Assembly: GCA_030390025.1 (NCBI GenBank)
Contig: CM059446.1
Coordinates: 20,522,001-20,586,000 of the forward strand
Origin: Squalus acanthias
Taxonomy: Eukaryota
DNA length: 64,000 nucleotides
Direction of reading: 5' to 3'
Shown: positions 11,441-24,210 of the stretch, one piece after another
How positions within the stretch are numbered: the stretch's first letter is position 1
Layout of the letters: each line of letters starts with the position of its first letter
Position numbers and translations under genes: made by a program
The notes under the pieces: generated by a model
Told to the model about the DNA's origin: nothing
What the model saw: only the letters and a program-made list of their open reading frames with translations
Databases searched by the model: none

Positions 11441-12997
11441 TTTCCTTTTTCCTAATTTAAATCAGGGCTGCATTTCAGTAAGTGGTGAATGTGACTGCAC
11501 TATCTTTAGAGCTCTGTGTGTTTGTTTTTCACGCTGCATAAAATGCAAACTTGCTCAAAAGGTACTGGTTTGAAGAAATATATTGTCGTCCCCCCCCCCC
11601 CCCTTGTTTAAAATTCAGTATACTGTATTTTCACCCTGGTCAGTGTACAGTAACAGGTTTTGTGCAGCAGGTGGGAAAAGAGATGTTTTTTTTTGTTCTA
11701 ACTAAATTTTAAAATGTTGCTTCATAGACAATAAATCCTGTCTTCACAAAACTTGAGTACAGTTATAAGGGTGTAAAAGGTAATTTGTAACTTATGTAGT
11801 GAAACTTAATGTACATGTGAACAGCCTTTCTATTAAATTGCAATCATCATAAATGATTATAATTATGATTAGCATTTATGCATGAATACAGCGTACTGAT
11901 TCGGATCTGATTTACGTATGCATATGTGGGTAGACACTCGACTTCCATGAGCTCCAGCATTAAGTTATACAAGATCTCTGTAGCTGCTTTACTACAATTT
12001 AAGGCCTGCGCGTTCCAGATGCTCAGATCCCACGTAGCCAGCTGCAGCTTAAAGATAAAACTACCAAGATTGCTCAGGCCGGCTGCTAGGAAGACCCTGT
12101 TTATATATATTTTTTTAAAATGTCTGGTAGTGGTACAAAAGCAGTTGAAGAACCAATATATAACCAGGACTATTGGCTCTTTGTTAGTAGTAGGCCTTTT
12201 ATATGGTGCTGCAATTGCCAATGACAGACACTGTGGCTTTGGGTCTCAATCACTGTTGGAATGTTTAACTACTGACCTGGACTCCCTCGAAGTCAACTGC
12301 TTGGGTAGTACCTGTGGGGGGAAACGACCAAAATAGGTTGAGAGGTCAAGTAGAGGTTAATCATTGGAAGTCTATCTAGATTGGCAGCTACTTGACCCCT
12401 TTCTGTTATCTCAACAATTTGGGCAGGTTATCTCAAGGTCAGAAAAAAAGGGTCGGAAATAACTGGATTCCTTTCACTCGTTTATTTTTTTTTAAAAGAT
12501 TATATTCAGTTGTGATTTGTCAGTGCGTTTTATCTGTAATGTGCTGGGCACATGCTCGACACAAGACGTTTGTGCATATATTAGTGGAGATGTATTTGAC
12601 TCACTGTGAACTTGCTGTTCCTGCAGTTTATATACTTTGTGACAAGTGCTTAAGAAGAAAGGGTATAGTTTACTTCAAGAAAAGTTTACCGTGAAACCTT
12701 GATTACCCGCCATACTAGAGGGTGGGTCAGATAACCAAAGTTCCATTGTACAATGTTTAGATTTCCTGACGCCGTTAACTTGCTTGTGCCTTTTTTTTCC
12801 TTTTATAGCAAACAGTAACCCTTGTTCAGAGCTGCATTTCTAATTAAAAGTATATTCACATTTTTTCCCCCCTCTACGAAACCTAGACCCCTGGTGTCTC
12901 CCACCTGGACAAGCCTCTCCTGACCCTGTGCCTTGAACATCCATGTAGAAAATCAGTTGTTGTACCCTTAGAAGTAAACTTACTCATGGTAATGATA

Positions 12998-13460
12998 CAA
13001 CAACAACTTGTATTTCTATAGCGTCTTTAACGTAGTATAACGTCCCAAGGCCCTTCACAGGGTGTTATAAAACAAAATTTGACACCGAGCCACATAAGGA
13101 GATATTAGGGCAGATGACCAAAAGCTTGGTCAAAGAGGTAGGTTTTAAGGAGCGTCTTAAAGGAGGAAAGAGAGTTAGGGAGGGAATTCCAGAGCTTAGG
13201 GCCTTGGCAGCTGAAGGCACGACCACCAATGGTGGAGCGATTAAAATCGGGATGCTCAAGAGGCCAGAATTAGAGGAGCACAGATATCTCGGGGGTGTGG
13301 GGGGGGGGGGGGGGTGGCTGGAGGAGATTACAGAGATAGGGAGGGGTGAGGAGATTTGAAAACAAGGATGAGAATTTTAAAATTGAGGTGTTGCGTAACC
13401 TGGAGCCAATGTAGGTCAGCGAGCACAGGGGTGATGGGTGAACGGGACTTGGTGCGATAT
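12998..13460 (-). mobile_element. L2-clade LINE 3' end
   Basis: Homologous to 1626-2030; (GTT)n tail on minus strand. Confidence 0.75.
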
Positions 13461-15374
13461 GATGGAAGAGTACACACTAAAGTCAGATTTTATCTATTAT
13501 TTACCGAACATGCTTGTCAGACTATATTTATTCCTCATTTCTCACTAGAATTGCCAGCTGTCCATTTTTTGAGCAGTCATGCCCTTTTATATAATGTAAT
13601 GTAAATGCCGTGTGGGATTTCTGCATTTCTGGGGGTGTTTTCGGGGGCGGGGGCGGAGTTTGTCCCATTTTTGGCACTTTTTTATTTGTTCAGCATTATG
13701 GCGTATAGATTAAAATATCAAACCAAACCCAAACAAACCATTCCAGTCATTACAAAACCATCATGCCTTCGAAATGAAGTTCAGCACCACGAGCAAGGAG
13801 GGGGCAACTGGTCCTGGCTATAAAAATATAACAAAATATATATAAATAGAGCCTTAATAAATCCCATATGCTGGAACCACGGACCCGGGAGAATGCTGCC
13901 ATATTATATATAGAAGCAAAGGGAAAAAACTAACAAGAAAATATAATACCAATCCCGAGCAACTACTGTGAATTTTTTTGTGGATAATCAGGGGCCCAGT
14001 TAATGGGATTACTGGATAATCAGGATGTAATTCAATGCAGCAATTTAAAACCAAGGCTGGAATACATAGTACTCAGAACATAGTATCTATTTAAATCTCA
14101 AATAGATTAAATAAACGAGCAAATCCAATCTTTACAAAACTTGAAGGTACAGGTAAGGAGATCACTCACTGCCTTTACTGATGGATTGTGGCAGCTCTCC
14201 CTTATTTTACAAATCGTATCCAATTTTAGGTGTTGAAGAGGACTTTAAATGTAGGCAAATCCAGATTCATTTTAAGTTTTCCCAGTTCTACTGTTGCTAA
14301 TCAGTACTTAAGTGCCGACAGAGGTTCCTGTTGTCTGATTTGTGCTAATCCTCATCTTGTGACTCGACCATAATCCAATCAAAAATTTCAGACCGGTCCG
14401 GGTGATGGTGCCAGCCATTCTGTACTTGTGCAGAGTTGATGAGCATCCCATACCATAGAGACCACGGTTTGCAAGGATTGTGACTCTTCTGTGGGTCAGG
14501 CAAGAGATGAAGTTAAAACTCCTGGACTACCTCATCAACAACAACAACAGCAAAGTGCACTTCTGTAATGCTTTTAACGTAGCAAAATGTCCATGGCGCT
14601 TTACCAGAGCGTAATCAGACAAAAATCGACACTTCGTACTTCTGTGCTTGAAGCAGAGGTTGAACAATGGAGTATTGTTATTCCAACAGTGAGCAAGACC
14701 TCAAAACTTGTGAGTGATCTTCATGAATATACTGTTTAAAGAACAGTGAGATGAAAATATACTGTTGCAAAACTATTTCATTTTTGCGCTATTATATATA
14801 ATTTGTTTTCTCCTTGGGCGCTCCATGAAAGCACGGAAGCGAGTTCCTGCGATGTGTTGGGATGTATTGAACAGGAAGGGCATTAGATGATGATGTGGCA
14901 GCTAATTTCAGTAATGGGAGTGGGGAGGGAGAATATAATCGGACAGGAGGCAATAAAATCAGGAATGGATATTGAACAGCATCAAAGTTACATTTGTACT
15001 GCAGCTATCAGACTGAGAACAGTAGCTGCCGTATCCGTTCCAACCAGGCAGTAACCCTTTTACACTGCCGAGCTGGAACAGCAGTTGTCCTGCCCAAGGG
15101 AGAGTTCCGTACTTGCATGGTTACATTCACAGAGCTCCCCCTGTGCGGTTAGTATTTAAATGTTTAGAGGGCATAGGCGGGAACCTCCGCACTCTCTTAA
15201 CATTTCGATTAACTGCAGGTAGGTTTAAGAAAAGTCCAATGGACCCCCCCCCCCCCCTCTGCTTTTTAAACCTCGTTTGAAACCTCACTAAAATTACAGT
15301 CCCTGCGGTGTCAGCCCTAGGCAGTGTGAGGCTACCTGCTCCAGGGAATCGCACCCTCCTTCTCTCTGGAAACA

Positions 15375-15915
15375 GGTTATGTTATGTTAAACTTGTATTG
15401 AACCTTGGTTAGACAGCACTTGGGGTACTGTGAACAGTTCTGGTTTCCATATTATAAAAAGGATATAGAGGCACTGCTAAAGGTGCAAAAAAGGATGATC
15501 CCAGAAAGATTAAACAGGCTGGGGTTCTTTTCTCTAGAAAAGAGAAGGCTGAGGGGTGACCTGATAGAGGTCTTTTAAGATTATGAAAGGGTTTGATCGG
15601 GTAGATGTAGAGTAGATGTTTCCAATTGTGGGGGAGACCGGAACTAGGGGCTATAAATATAAGATAGTCACTAATAAATCCATTAGGGAATTCAGGAGAA
15701 GTTTCTTTACCCAGAAGGTGGTGAGAATGTGGATCTCGCTACCACAAGGAGTCGTTTTTTGAGGTGAATAGCAGAGATGCATTTAAGGGGAAGCTAGATA
15801 AACACACGAGGCATAAAGGAATAGGGTGCGATGAAGAAGGGTGGGAGGAGGCTCGTGTGGAGCATAAACACCGGCATAGACCTGTTGGGCTGAATGGCCT
15901 GTTTCTGTGCTGTAA
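15375..15915 (+). mobile_element. Degenerate CR1 3' end
   Basis: Homologous to the CR1 ORF2 C-terminus (AGAAGGCTGAGGGGTGACCTGATAGAGG) and 3' stem TGGGCTGAATGGCCT. Confidence 0.75.
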
Positions 15916-16873
15916 ATACTTTAAGGTTTGTGGATTTTTTACTGCTGCAAAGTAGAAACCAGTTTTCAGTCACACTAGAAGTTGCACCATAACATACATC
16001 TTTTCTGTTTACTGTGGAGCATCCTTTAAAATTAAAATAACATTATTTTTGTTTCATGTTAAGCCTCCCCTGTGGAGTGATAGCTCAGGGACAGTCAGCA
16101 GCTGCTGGGTATATTCCGATTGTGTATCCACAGTAGTATTATCATGATGGCCTTTAAAAATAATTATGATCGGTCCCATGTATTGTTCCAGAAAGGTGTG
16201 CTTTGTTTCATTGTACAGTCGTAGAATCCTTTAAGCCTCACCACACGAAGGTTCACAAGTGGCTCAGATAAATGTAGGATTTGGATAGCCTTATAAGGCA
16301 ATACAGGGCTTGAAATCAAGGCTATATAATCAATAGATGGCACAAGTCCTTGGTTTGCCAATGGAAATTCAAAAGTATGTGTCCGGCACTGTTGTGTACA
16401 CTCGTGTTTCATGAAACATTGCAAACAATGTTTTGTGCTTTGTGGGACAGTGCACGTGCCACAGCTTGTGAATATGTTCCAATACCTATGTCATTAGAAT
16501 TCTAATGAAGTGTAAACACTCTAGTGCAGCTGATAGATTTTATCCTGCCAAAAGTGGGTTTTGTCTGGAGAGAGCTTAATGAATAATATATTAATGCTGA
16601 AATGGGAGTTTGGTTACAGGTCTCGCGCTAGTGGTGGGGGCAATTTGAAGTGTTTGAATAAAGACCATCATGGAAGAATCCTTTTGCACAGTTCTGAAAC
16701 TTGATGTTTTGTTCATCGTGTACTGGTATGCTAAAATGAGCCTAATGACAGCACTTTCATGTTCCAGTTATGATCTGGGAGATTAGTCTTAGTTTTGAGC
16801 AGAGTAATGGTCCTGTTCTGCATGATGAAAATAACCTGGTTTTTCCTCCTTAGATTTAGGTTGTCAAAACAAG

Positions 16874-17058
16874 ATGACTCACAATATCCTAAAGAGTTTG
16901 CATCGAGTTGAACTTGGTGGATACAACTACTGGCCACTCTTTACACAAATTGGAATTCGCCTTTACAGCTATGAAGAAATCCCGACCTTTTTAAAGGGCA
17001 ATCCTTACATCACTGACGGATACAGGGCCTATTTACCGTCAAGTTTGTGCATCAGAAG
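16874..17058 (+). CDS. PAQR3: PAQR3-like, coding exon 1 (MTHNILKSLHRVELGGYNYWP...NPYITDGYRAYLPSSLCIR)
   Basis: PAQR3 N-terminal motifs GIRLY.YE.IP..LK.NPYITDGYRAYL; acceptor TTTTCCTCCTTAG ~20 nt upstream of the ATG implies an upstream non-coding exon; donor AG|GTACGT; 185 nt. Confidence 0.92.
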
Positions 17059-17449
17059 GTACGTTTGCAGAGCCACGACTGATAGACGTATGATGAAACA
17101 AGTACAGATTAAATCTGAGTCTGTGAAAGAATTAAGGGTTAAAGTTGACAAGAAATTCATTTGACAAAGGCTTACTAATGTTAATATCAGTTTCTTTAAT
17201 TCCTTGTCCTCTCATTGTTAGCTATCGTCACCTACACCTTCAGTGGCCCTCCAAAGCAAGCTGCTGTTATGTGTCTTCCTCCTACTGCCTTTCTGAATGT
17301 CCACTATGTTCTTTGGGATCAACAACTTCTTCAATCTCTGACCCACCCTCTCCCAACCCATCAGTGACTCTATGGCTGCCCATCCTCTACTTCCGCTGTC
17401 TCTTAAACAAAGCCTTCTCCATTTGACCATCTCATTCTGGATGGAGACA

Positions 17450-17830
17450 TGGCGTACCGTGGCTGCAGTGTGTACCATCTACAAGATGCACTGCAGCAAC
17501 TCACCAAGGCTTCTTCGGCAGCGCCTCCCAAACCCGCGACCTCTTCCACCTAGAAGGACAAGGGCAGCAGGCGCATGGGAACACCACCACCTCCAAGTTC
17601 CCCTCCAAGTCACATGCCATCCTGACTTAGAAGTATATCGACCGATCCTTCATCGTTGCTGGGTCAAAATCCTGGAACTCCCTCCCTAACAGCACTGTGG
17701 GAGTACCTTCACCACACGGACTGCAGCGGTTCAAGAAGGCGGCTCACCACCACCTTCTCAAGGGCAATTAGGGATGAGCAATAAATGCTGGCCTTGCCAG
17801 CGACGCCCACATCCCTTGAATGAATTAAAA
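17450..17830 (+). mobile_element. CR1-superfamily LINE 3' end (second family); related copies at 18210-18367(-), 44607-44930(+), 53020-53165(-)
   Basis: Recurring TCCTGGAACTCCCTCCCTAACAGC (SWNSLPNS) ...GCAATAAATGCTGGCCTTGCCAGCG 3' end. Confidence 0.75.
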
Positions 17831-18991
17831 GAAAGTGGAGACAACAACTGGATGTCAGCTAAAGGCCAGACAGTTGTGCATTTGAACCCGATACCGTGAG
17901 TCTGAGCTGGTAATCTAAACTGACAACTCAGTACAGTGCTACCAGATTCTTGCACTGCTGGATGAGATGTTAAATTGAGATTCTCCCCATCTATCATAGT
18001 GGTTCAGGTAAACGATTCCTTGGCACTATACAAAGAAAAACAGGGAGTATCATTAGTCCTTCAGCCAGTACCCTACCACCTGGTTATTAATCTCATTGCT
18101 GTTTGTGAAATCTTGCTGTATGCAAAAATGCCTCTACCTTTCTCTACACAAGGCAATGCATTTCAAAATTATTGACTATTCAAAGTGCTTGGGGACGTTT
18201 CCAAGAAACGCCGATATATTTCCAAGTCAGGATGGTGTGTGACTTGGAGGTGGTGGTGTTCCCATGCATCTGCTGCCCTTGTCCTTCTAGGTGGAAGAGG
18301 TCGCGGGTTTGGGAGGTGCTGCCGAAGCAGCCTTGGCGAGTTGTTGCAGTGCATCTTGTAGATGGTATACCCTCCACCCTTAACCCCACCATCCACGTTT
18401 CTAGTCCTGGACTTTAGAGCTCTATCCTAATGCTCAAATCTCTACCCCCTGCAAAACACCAGTACCGTCCTAGATCGAGCAGAGTTCTTATAAAAGGGAA
18501 GGATCCTACAGTAAACCAAATTGGTTAAAACTAAGGCTATTTCTTTCCCTTCTGTCCATCAGTGATACAAAACCTCATCTGCAGTGTGTGAGCCCGGCCA
18601 CTGAATCGCACCAGAATATTCAGCTGTGCACAGTAATCATTACCGAGCCTGTTCCTGCCCTTGCCCAGCATCCACATATGTGCAACAGGGGTCACTGGGT
18701 TGTCAGCAGGAATGCAAACCCTGACTGTGTTTCCCATGGTCTCTGAAGGCAGGCTGCTGTATTTTCACTGCGGCCTGGCTAACGTTTGCTCACTCGGGGT
18801 CGCCACAAGGGAGTTACAATAATTTGTTTTCCCAAATGACATTTATTTGAGAATGCGGGTGATTTGAATACAAAGTATCTTTCGTGTCCACATTATGCAT
18901 CTATCTAATCTAAATCTTGTGGCGTTCGAATGTAACAAGCACGTACTTGACTTACATTGTTGTGTTTTCGATCTGCTCCTATTGAAAACAG

Positions 18992-19154
18992 CCTCTTTGT
19001 TTTGTCCAACGAGAGTGTGAATATATGGAGCCACTTGCTGGGGTTTTTCTTGTTCTTCCTCATGGGTCTACATGACACTTGCTTCCTGCTACCGTCGTCG
19101 AACAGCACCAGGGATGACTACATTGTTTTCATTACTTTTGGCTTTTGTTTCCAG
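18992..19154 (+). CDS. PAQR3: PAQR3-like, coding exon 2 (SLFVLSNESVNIWSHLLG...FGFCFQ)
   Basis: PAQR ExxNxxxH-type motif NESVNIWSH; AG/GTAAGC boundaries; 163 nt, phase 2 to 0. Confidence 0.95.
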
Positions 19155-19434
19155 GTAAGCATATGGTTAAAAAAGGTAAAAAGTAAGGGCTGAGGTGGGG
19201 AGGGTGGTGGAAGAAATCGCACGTTGGCACACCAATGCCACGTTTAGATTCCTGATCTTGGGCACACAGCTGTGGGCAGTGCTGAATGGAGGCCACCTGT
19301 CCCATGGAGGGAAGTCGAATGGGGCTGACTTCTTGCGCCTCCCTGAAGCTATTGTTCTGATTGTTGGGTGGTTTCAGTATTGATCCTCATGTAGTGCCAA
19401 CGTACAACTCTGCATCTAGTGCCAACGCACCAGC

Positions 19435-19952
19435 TGTGGAGTATTGAGTCCAATTCTGGGCACCACACCTTTAGGGAGAATCTCAAAGCCTTGGAGAGCC
19501 TGCAGAGGAGAGTTACTAGAACGACACCAGAGACTTCAGTTATGTGGCGTGACTAGAGAAGATGGGATTGTTCTCCTTGGAGCAGAGAAGGTTAAGGGGA
19601 GATTTAATAGAGGTGCTCAAAATTATGAGGGGTTTTGATAGAGTAGATAGAGGGAAAAAAAATCTACTGACGGGTGGGTCAGTAACCAGAGGCCACAGAT
19701 TTAAGATAATTGGCAAAAGAACTTGAGGATTTTCTTTTTTACACAGTGAGTTGTTGTGTTCTGGAATGTGCTGCCTGAAAGGGCGGTGGAAGCTGATTCA
19801 ATAGTAACTTTCAAAAGGCAATTGGTTGTATACTTGAAAAGGAAACATTTGTGGAAAGAGCAGGGGGAGCAGGACTAATTGGAGAGCTCTTTCAAAGAGC
19901 CGGCACAGGCACGATGGGCCGAATGGCCTCCTTCTGTGCTGTAAGATTCTAT
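19435..19952 (+). mobile_element. Degenerate CR1 3' end
   Basis: CR1 ORF2 C-terminal homology and 3' tail GGGCCGAATGGCCTCCTTCTGTGCTGTAAGATTCTATG. Confidence 0.75.
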
Positions 19953-20184
19953 GAGCGTCAACATTGTGTTCAAATTCAGTCTTCTATAGCAAGAGCTACT
20001 AGCTAGGTTTCAAATTAGAAGAACCAAGTCCCAGTTAATAAATTATACTGCATGTGATGAGAAATATTGATGTTTATGGGCAGCATGTCATTGCCAGCAG
20101 ACTGTGTGCTGGGGGACTGCAGTCCAAAGGAGAGAGAGAGAGAAAGCTTCACTCTGACTTTGCCAGAATCCACAGAGCAATATA

Positions 20185-20603
20185 CAGGAAACTTTCGTTT
20201 ATCCGGCATCGACGGGACCGGCGTGGTGCCGGTTTATCGAAAGTACCGGATAACGGAGAGTTATATCTACCGAGGCTATTTTTAACAAAGAGACTCCAGG
20301 CAGCGCGGGAGAATCAACTCCTGCTACTGCAGTGTTTCGGACTTCCGACAGCGCCAGGAGGCCGAGTAGTGGCACTTTTGAAAAGTACCCCTACTGACTA
20401 AATCGGCGTTCGCGGACTCGGACTCGGGATCGGCAACATTGCCGGTTATTTGAGAGGAGTTTTCGGAGCACTCGGCGTTCGCGGAGACTCGACTGCGACT
20501 CGGCAACATTGCCGGTTATTTGAGAGGAGTTTTCGGAGGATGATTTTTGCCGGTTAAGCGAGAATTCTGGATATTTGGGTGCCGGATAAACGAAAGTTTC
20601 CTG
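20185..20603. mobile_element. Non-autonomous Tc1/mariner (pogo/Tigger-like) MITE, 419 bp
   Basis: Perfect 24-bp TIRs CAGGAAACTTTCGTTTATCCGGCA (20185-20208 / 20580-20603) flanked by TA on both sides; no transposase ORF. Confidence 0.9.
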
Positions 20604-20955
20604 TAGTTTGAATTTAAATCCATTATTTACATTTAACTACAATTGCATTACTTGCCCAACGTAGTAAATGAGTTCCGGGATATCATTTACATCCCATATA
20701 TTGGCACCGACGATATAACTAACTCGGGGGTCACTCGAGCCAAAATCGATTAAATCAGCACACGGGGGGTACAAGTGTTTTCCCGCCGATTATCTAATTC
20801 CAATTTTGTTAAAAATTCGCTTCTAGGCCCTAATCAACAGATCTTTGAAAGCGAGCGAGCCTGTGATCATCCTCCTTTGTCTATCTCGGGATATTGTGGG
20901 CTGAGCTTGACATCTAGCATTGTGTAACTGTTGATTGGTTTGGTGTCCTCCGCAG

Positions 20956-21111
20956 TTCTGCATGCTCTGCTCAGCGGGCTACCACCTCTTCTGCTGCCAC
21001 CACTCCGAGAAAACCAGCCAACAGTGGCTTGCCCTCGACTATGCTGGCGTCTCGGTAGGAATGCTGGGATGTTATGTTCCAGGAGTCTTTTATGCCTTTT
21101 ACTGTGCTGAG
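20956..21111 (+). CDS. PAQR3: PAQR3-like, coding exon 3 (FCMLCSAGYHLFCCHHSEK...LDYAG...FYAFYCAE)
   Basis: SxxxH and DYAG PAQR motifs; CAG/GTGAGT boundaries; 156 nt, phase 0-0. Confidence 0.95.
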
Positions 21112-21984
21112 GTGAGTAGCTTTCTTTTTAATTAAAAAGAAAAGTCACTTTTGCTGAATTTAAAAAGTATTCAACATAATTATCATAAGCTCTCAGTAAG
21201 TAAATGGGATATATAGAAATTAGACCTTAGTGGGACTGATGGTACACAGACCTCTCGCCACTGGGACCTTGATTCAAATTCAGCACAGACTGGTGAGTCT
21301 CTCTGTCTGATAACTGTTAAAAAGTTCGATGTGAAATTACTTTTGCACAATCTTCACGGGCGTAAGCCCACAACAGAAACTACCCCTTAATTTACAAAAA
21401 GGAGACTTGCGTGTATAGAACGTCTTGTCATTCCTCTCAGACATGCCTCCCAAGTGCTTGACACAAGAGTTGAATTACTGTGAGGTGCGCTGGTCATGGT
21501 CATGTAGGCATGGTGAAATTGGCACAAAATTGGATCCAGCCCAAAATGGTCGGGTAAGATTTACAGCGAGTCATGGGCTAGACTGAGACATGAGATTAGC
21601 AATAGGAATAAACCGGCAGCATTTGTGCTTCACACCACTTGCACATACTCGTCCGCCACAGTTACCCAGTTCAGGGTAGGGCATATCTGAGCTATCCAGT
21701 GGAACTGAGGATAGTTAAGGATCTAAGTACCTCCAATTTCCCTTTTTGTATAATTATTCTCGTACTCTAAACCACTCACTAACCAATGCGTGAAACAAAT
21801 TAAAACTATTCAAAATCACCCCTTTTAAGGACAACTTACACTTGTATTACACATAGTAGAATGTTTCAGAGTGCTGGTCAAGGGAGGGAGGGTGAGAGAG
21901 ACACTGAGCAAGGCAGCTGATCAAGGGTGGGCTAATTACAGGGTGTTTGTCAACTGGAGAAAATCTTCAGAAATCTGAAACAAG

Positions 21985-22447
21985 ACAGACTTGCATTTCT
22001 ATAGCGCCTTTCACGACCTCAGTGCGTCGCAAAGCGTTTTACAGCCAATGAAATACTTTTTTTGAAGTGTAGTCACTGTTGTAATGTGGGAAACGCGGCA
22101 GCCAATTTGCGCACAGCAAGCTGCCACAAAACAGTCATGTGATACTGACCAGATAATCTGTTTTTTTAGTGATGTTGATTGAGGATAAATGTTGGCGAGG
22201 GCACCTTGGAGAACTCCCCTGCTCTTCTTTGAAATAGTGCCACGGGATCTTTTGCGTTCACCCGAGAGCAGATGGGGCTTCGGTTTAATGTCCCATCTGA
22301 AAGACGGCACCTCCGACAGTGCAGCACTCCCTCAGTACTGCACTGGAGTGTCAGCCTAGATTTTTGTGCTGGAGTCTGGAGTGGGACTTGAACCCACAAC
22401 CTTCTGACTCGGCCGAGGGTGCTGCCCACTGAGCCACGGCTGACACT
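21985..22447 (-). mobile_element. Full-length Deu-domain SINE
   Basis: Reverse complement of the 333-800 family. Confidence 0.85.
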
Positions 22448-22819
22448 GAATTAAATGACACACACCATCCAAAGAATCAAATCCGCGTGATTTTGCCTGC
22501 TTAAGTTGTGAAGCTATTGGTCAAAGTTCTGTCACAGATAAATGTGTACTGATCTGATTCATTATAGTAGTGGCATTATTAAATGATATTACCATTGGAA
22601 AGTGATATTGGCAGGTAAAGCGCTGTTTAAAGTTATTTTAGTTTTTCCCAATCTCTCATGAAATGTTAATGCCTGGTGGATATTCGTAATGTTAGACATA
22701 AGCAAACAGATTTGAAAATGTGTCATTGATAAATGGCATCGTAGCATTTAATAATGAGTGAAATAGCCCCTAGTATTAACAGTGTAATTATGTCTCTTTT
22801 TTCCCCTTTCTCAAAGCAG

Positions 22820-23017
22820 TATTGGAGACAAGTGTACCTTATAACCGTGCTGGCCATGATTTTTGTGATGTTCCTGACACAAATCCACCCGCAGTATGCC
22901 TCCCAGCATTGCCACAAGCTGCGTATTCTGCTCTTCTGTTTCATTGCTGCTTATGGATTAATCCCCACAGTTCACTGGATATTTCAGAATGGAGGTATTG
23001 GGGAGCCAGTTGTTAAG
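22820..23017 (+). CDS. PAQR3: PAQR3-like, coding exon 4 (YWRQVYLITVLAM...GGIGEPVVK)
   Basis: YWRQVYLITVLAMI matches PAQR3; CAG/GTAGGA boundaries; 198 nt, phase 0-0. Confidence 0.95.
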
Positions 23018-23896
23018 GTAGGAAGGATTCTACAGCTCCAGTTTTCGTGATTCTGTGGAAATCTATACTATGCGATTACATGCTGTAGCTGCTTTTGCTT
23101 CTGATTATTTATTGGGACTTGCCTAAAGGTTAATTCATTGCCCAGCGTGGTTTGAGCCAGAGAGACCAGGAAGGTTCGAGATTCAGTCCATGTTCTGACC
23201 CGAGTTGGCTGGGCTCTCAGCCAGGTTACAATTCACATGTGCTGGAGAGAGAACAATGTCGCCAGGTTTTGGACTCTAGATTGCTCGGAGGTGTGGACGG
23301 GGAGCAAGGACACAGGACGGGGCTTCCACATGGTCCGACCTCCTGTTTACACTTTCAGTCTCAGCCCGACCATGGTACCAAAATCCTGGCAGTGCCTGGG
23401 AACTGTATCCCAGTGCGAGTCGTTGCTTTCAGGAGAGGGAGGAGGAAAATTGCAAGGAGAAAGGAAAAATGACCAACAATAATATGCTTGGAGACATTCT
23501 GAATGTATTCGTTAAATAATGTAGGATGTTAACTTCTAGTGAATTATGGGCAACTGAGAGCGATTACCAGGTCATTATCACGGGTCCCAAGTGGCTCCAC
23601 GAACAAAGTGAAGCTCAAGGTTAGATTCCAGCCTGTAAATAACTCTCTCTTTTACAATTGATCTTATCAATTTATATAAAGGTTTCGAAAGCACACATTG
23701 CCCTGCAGATACCACAATCCAGATGTCCCGTTGCAAAGTGTCAAAAGTATGAAAAACGAGGGAAAAAAAAGGCATGCTTTATTTTCCTGAACTAGAGCCG
23801 GAAATTTACAAGAACCTGGCACTCTGCAAACTTCTTTCCCCAAAACAGAAATGAAGCTCAGGACCTATTTAAACCCCTTGGCAGCCTTAAGGGGAT

Positions 23897-24210
23897 CACA
23901 GAATCCCCACAGTGCAGATAGAGGCCATTTCGGCCCATCGAGCCTGCACCGACACATATCCCACCCTATCCCCGTAACCCCACGTATTTAATCCCCCTAA
24001 CACTAAGGGTCAATTTATCATAGCCAAATCAACCTAACCCGCACATCTTTGGACTGTGGGAGGAAACTGGAGCACCCGAAGGAAACCCAAGGGAACACGG
24101 TGGCATAGTGGTTAGCACTGTTGCCTCACAGCGCCAGGGACCCGGTTTCGAATCCGGCCTCGGGTGACTGTCTGTGTGGAGTTTGCACATTCTCCCCGTG
24201 TCTGCGTGGG
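23897..24210. mobile_element. HE1-like V-SINE with inverted 5' segment
   Basis: 3' half on minus (23897-24089); tRNA head plus start of V domain on plus (24096-24210); GGGAT on both flanks. Confidence 0.8.
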
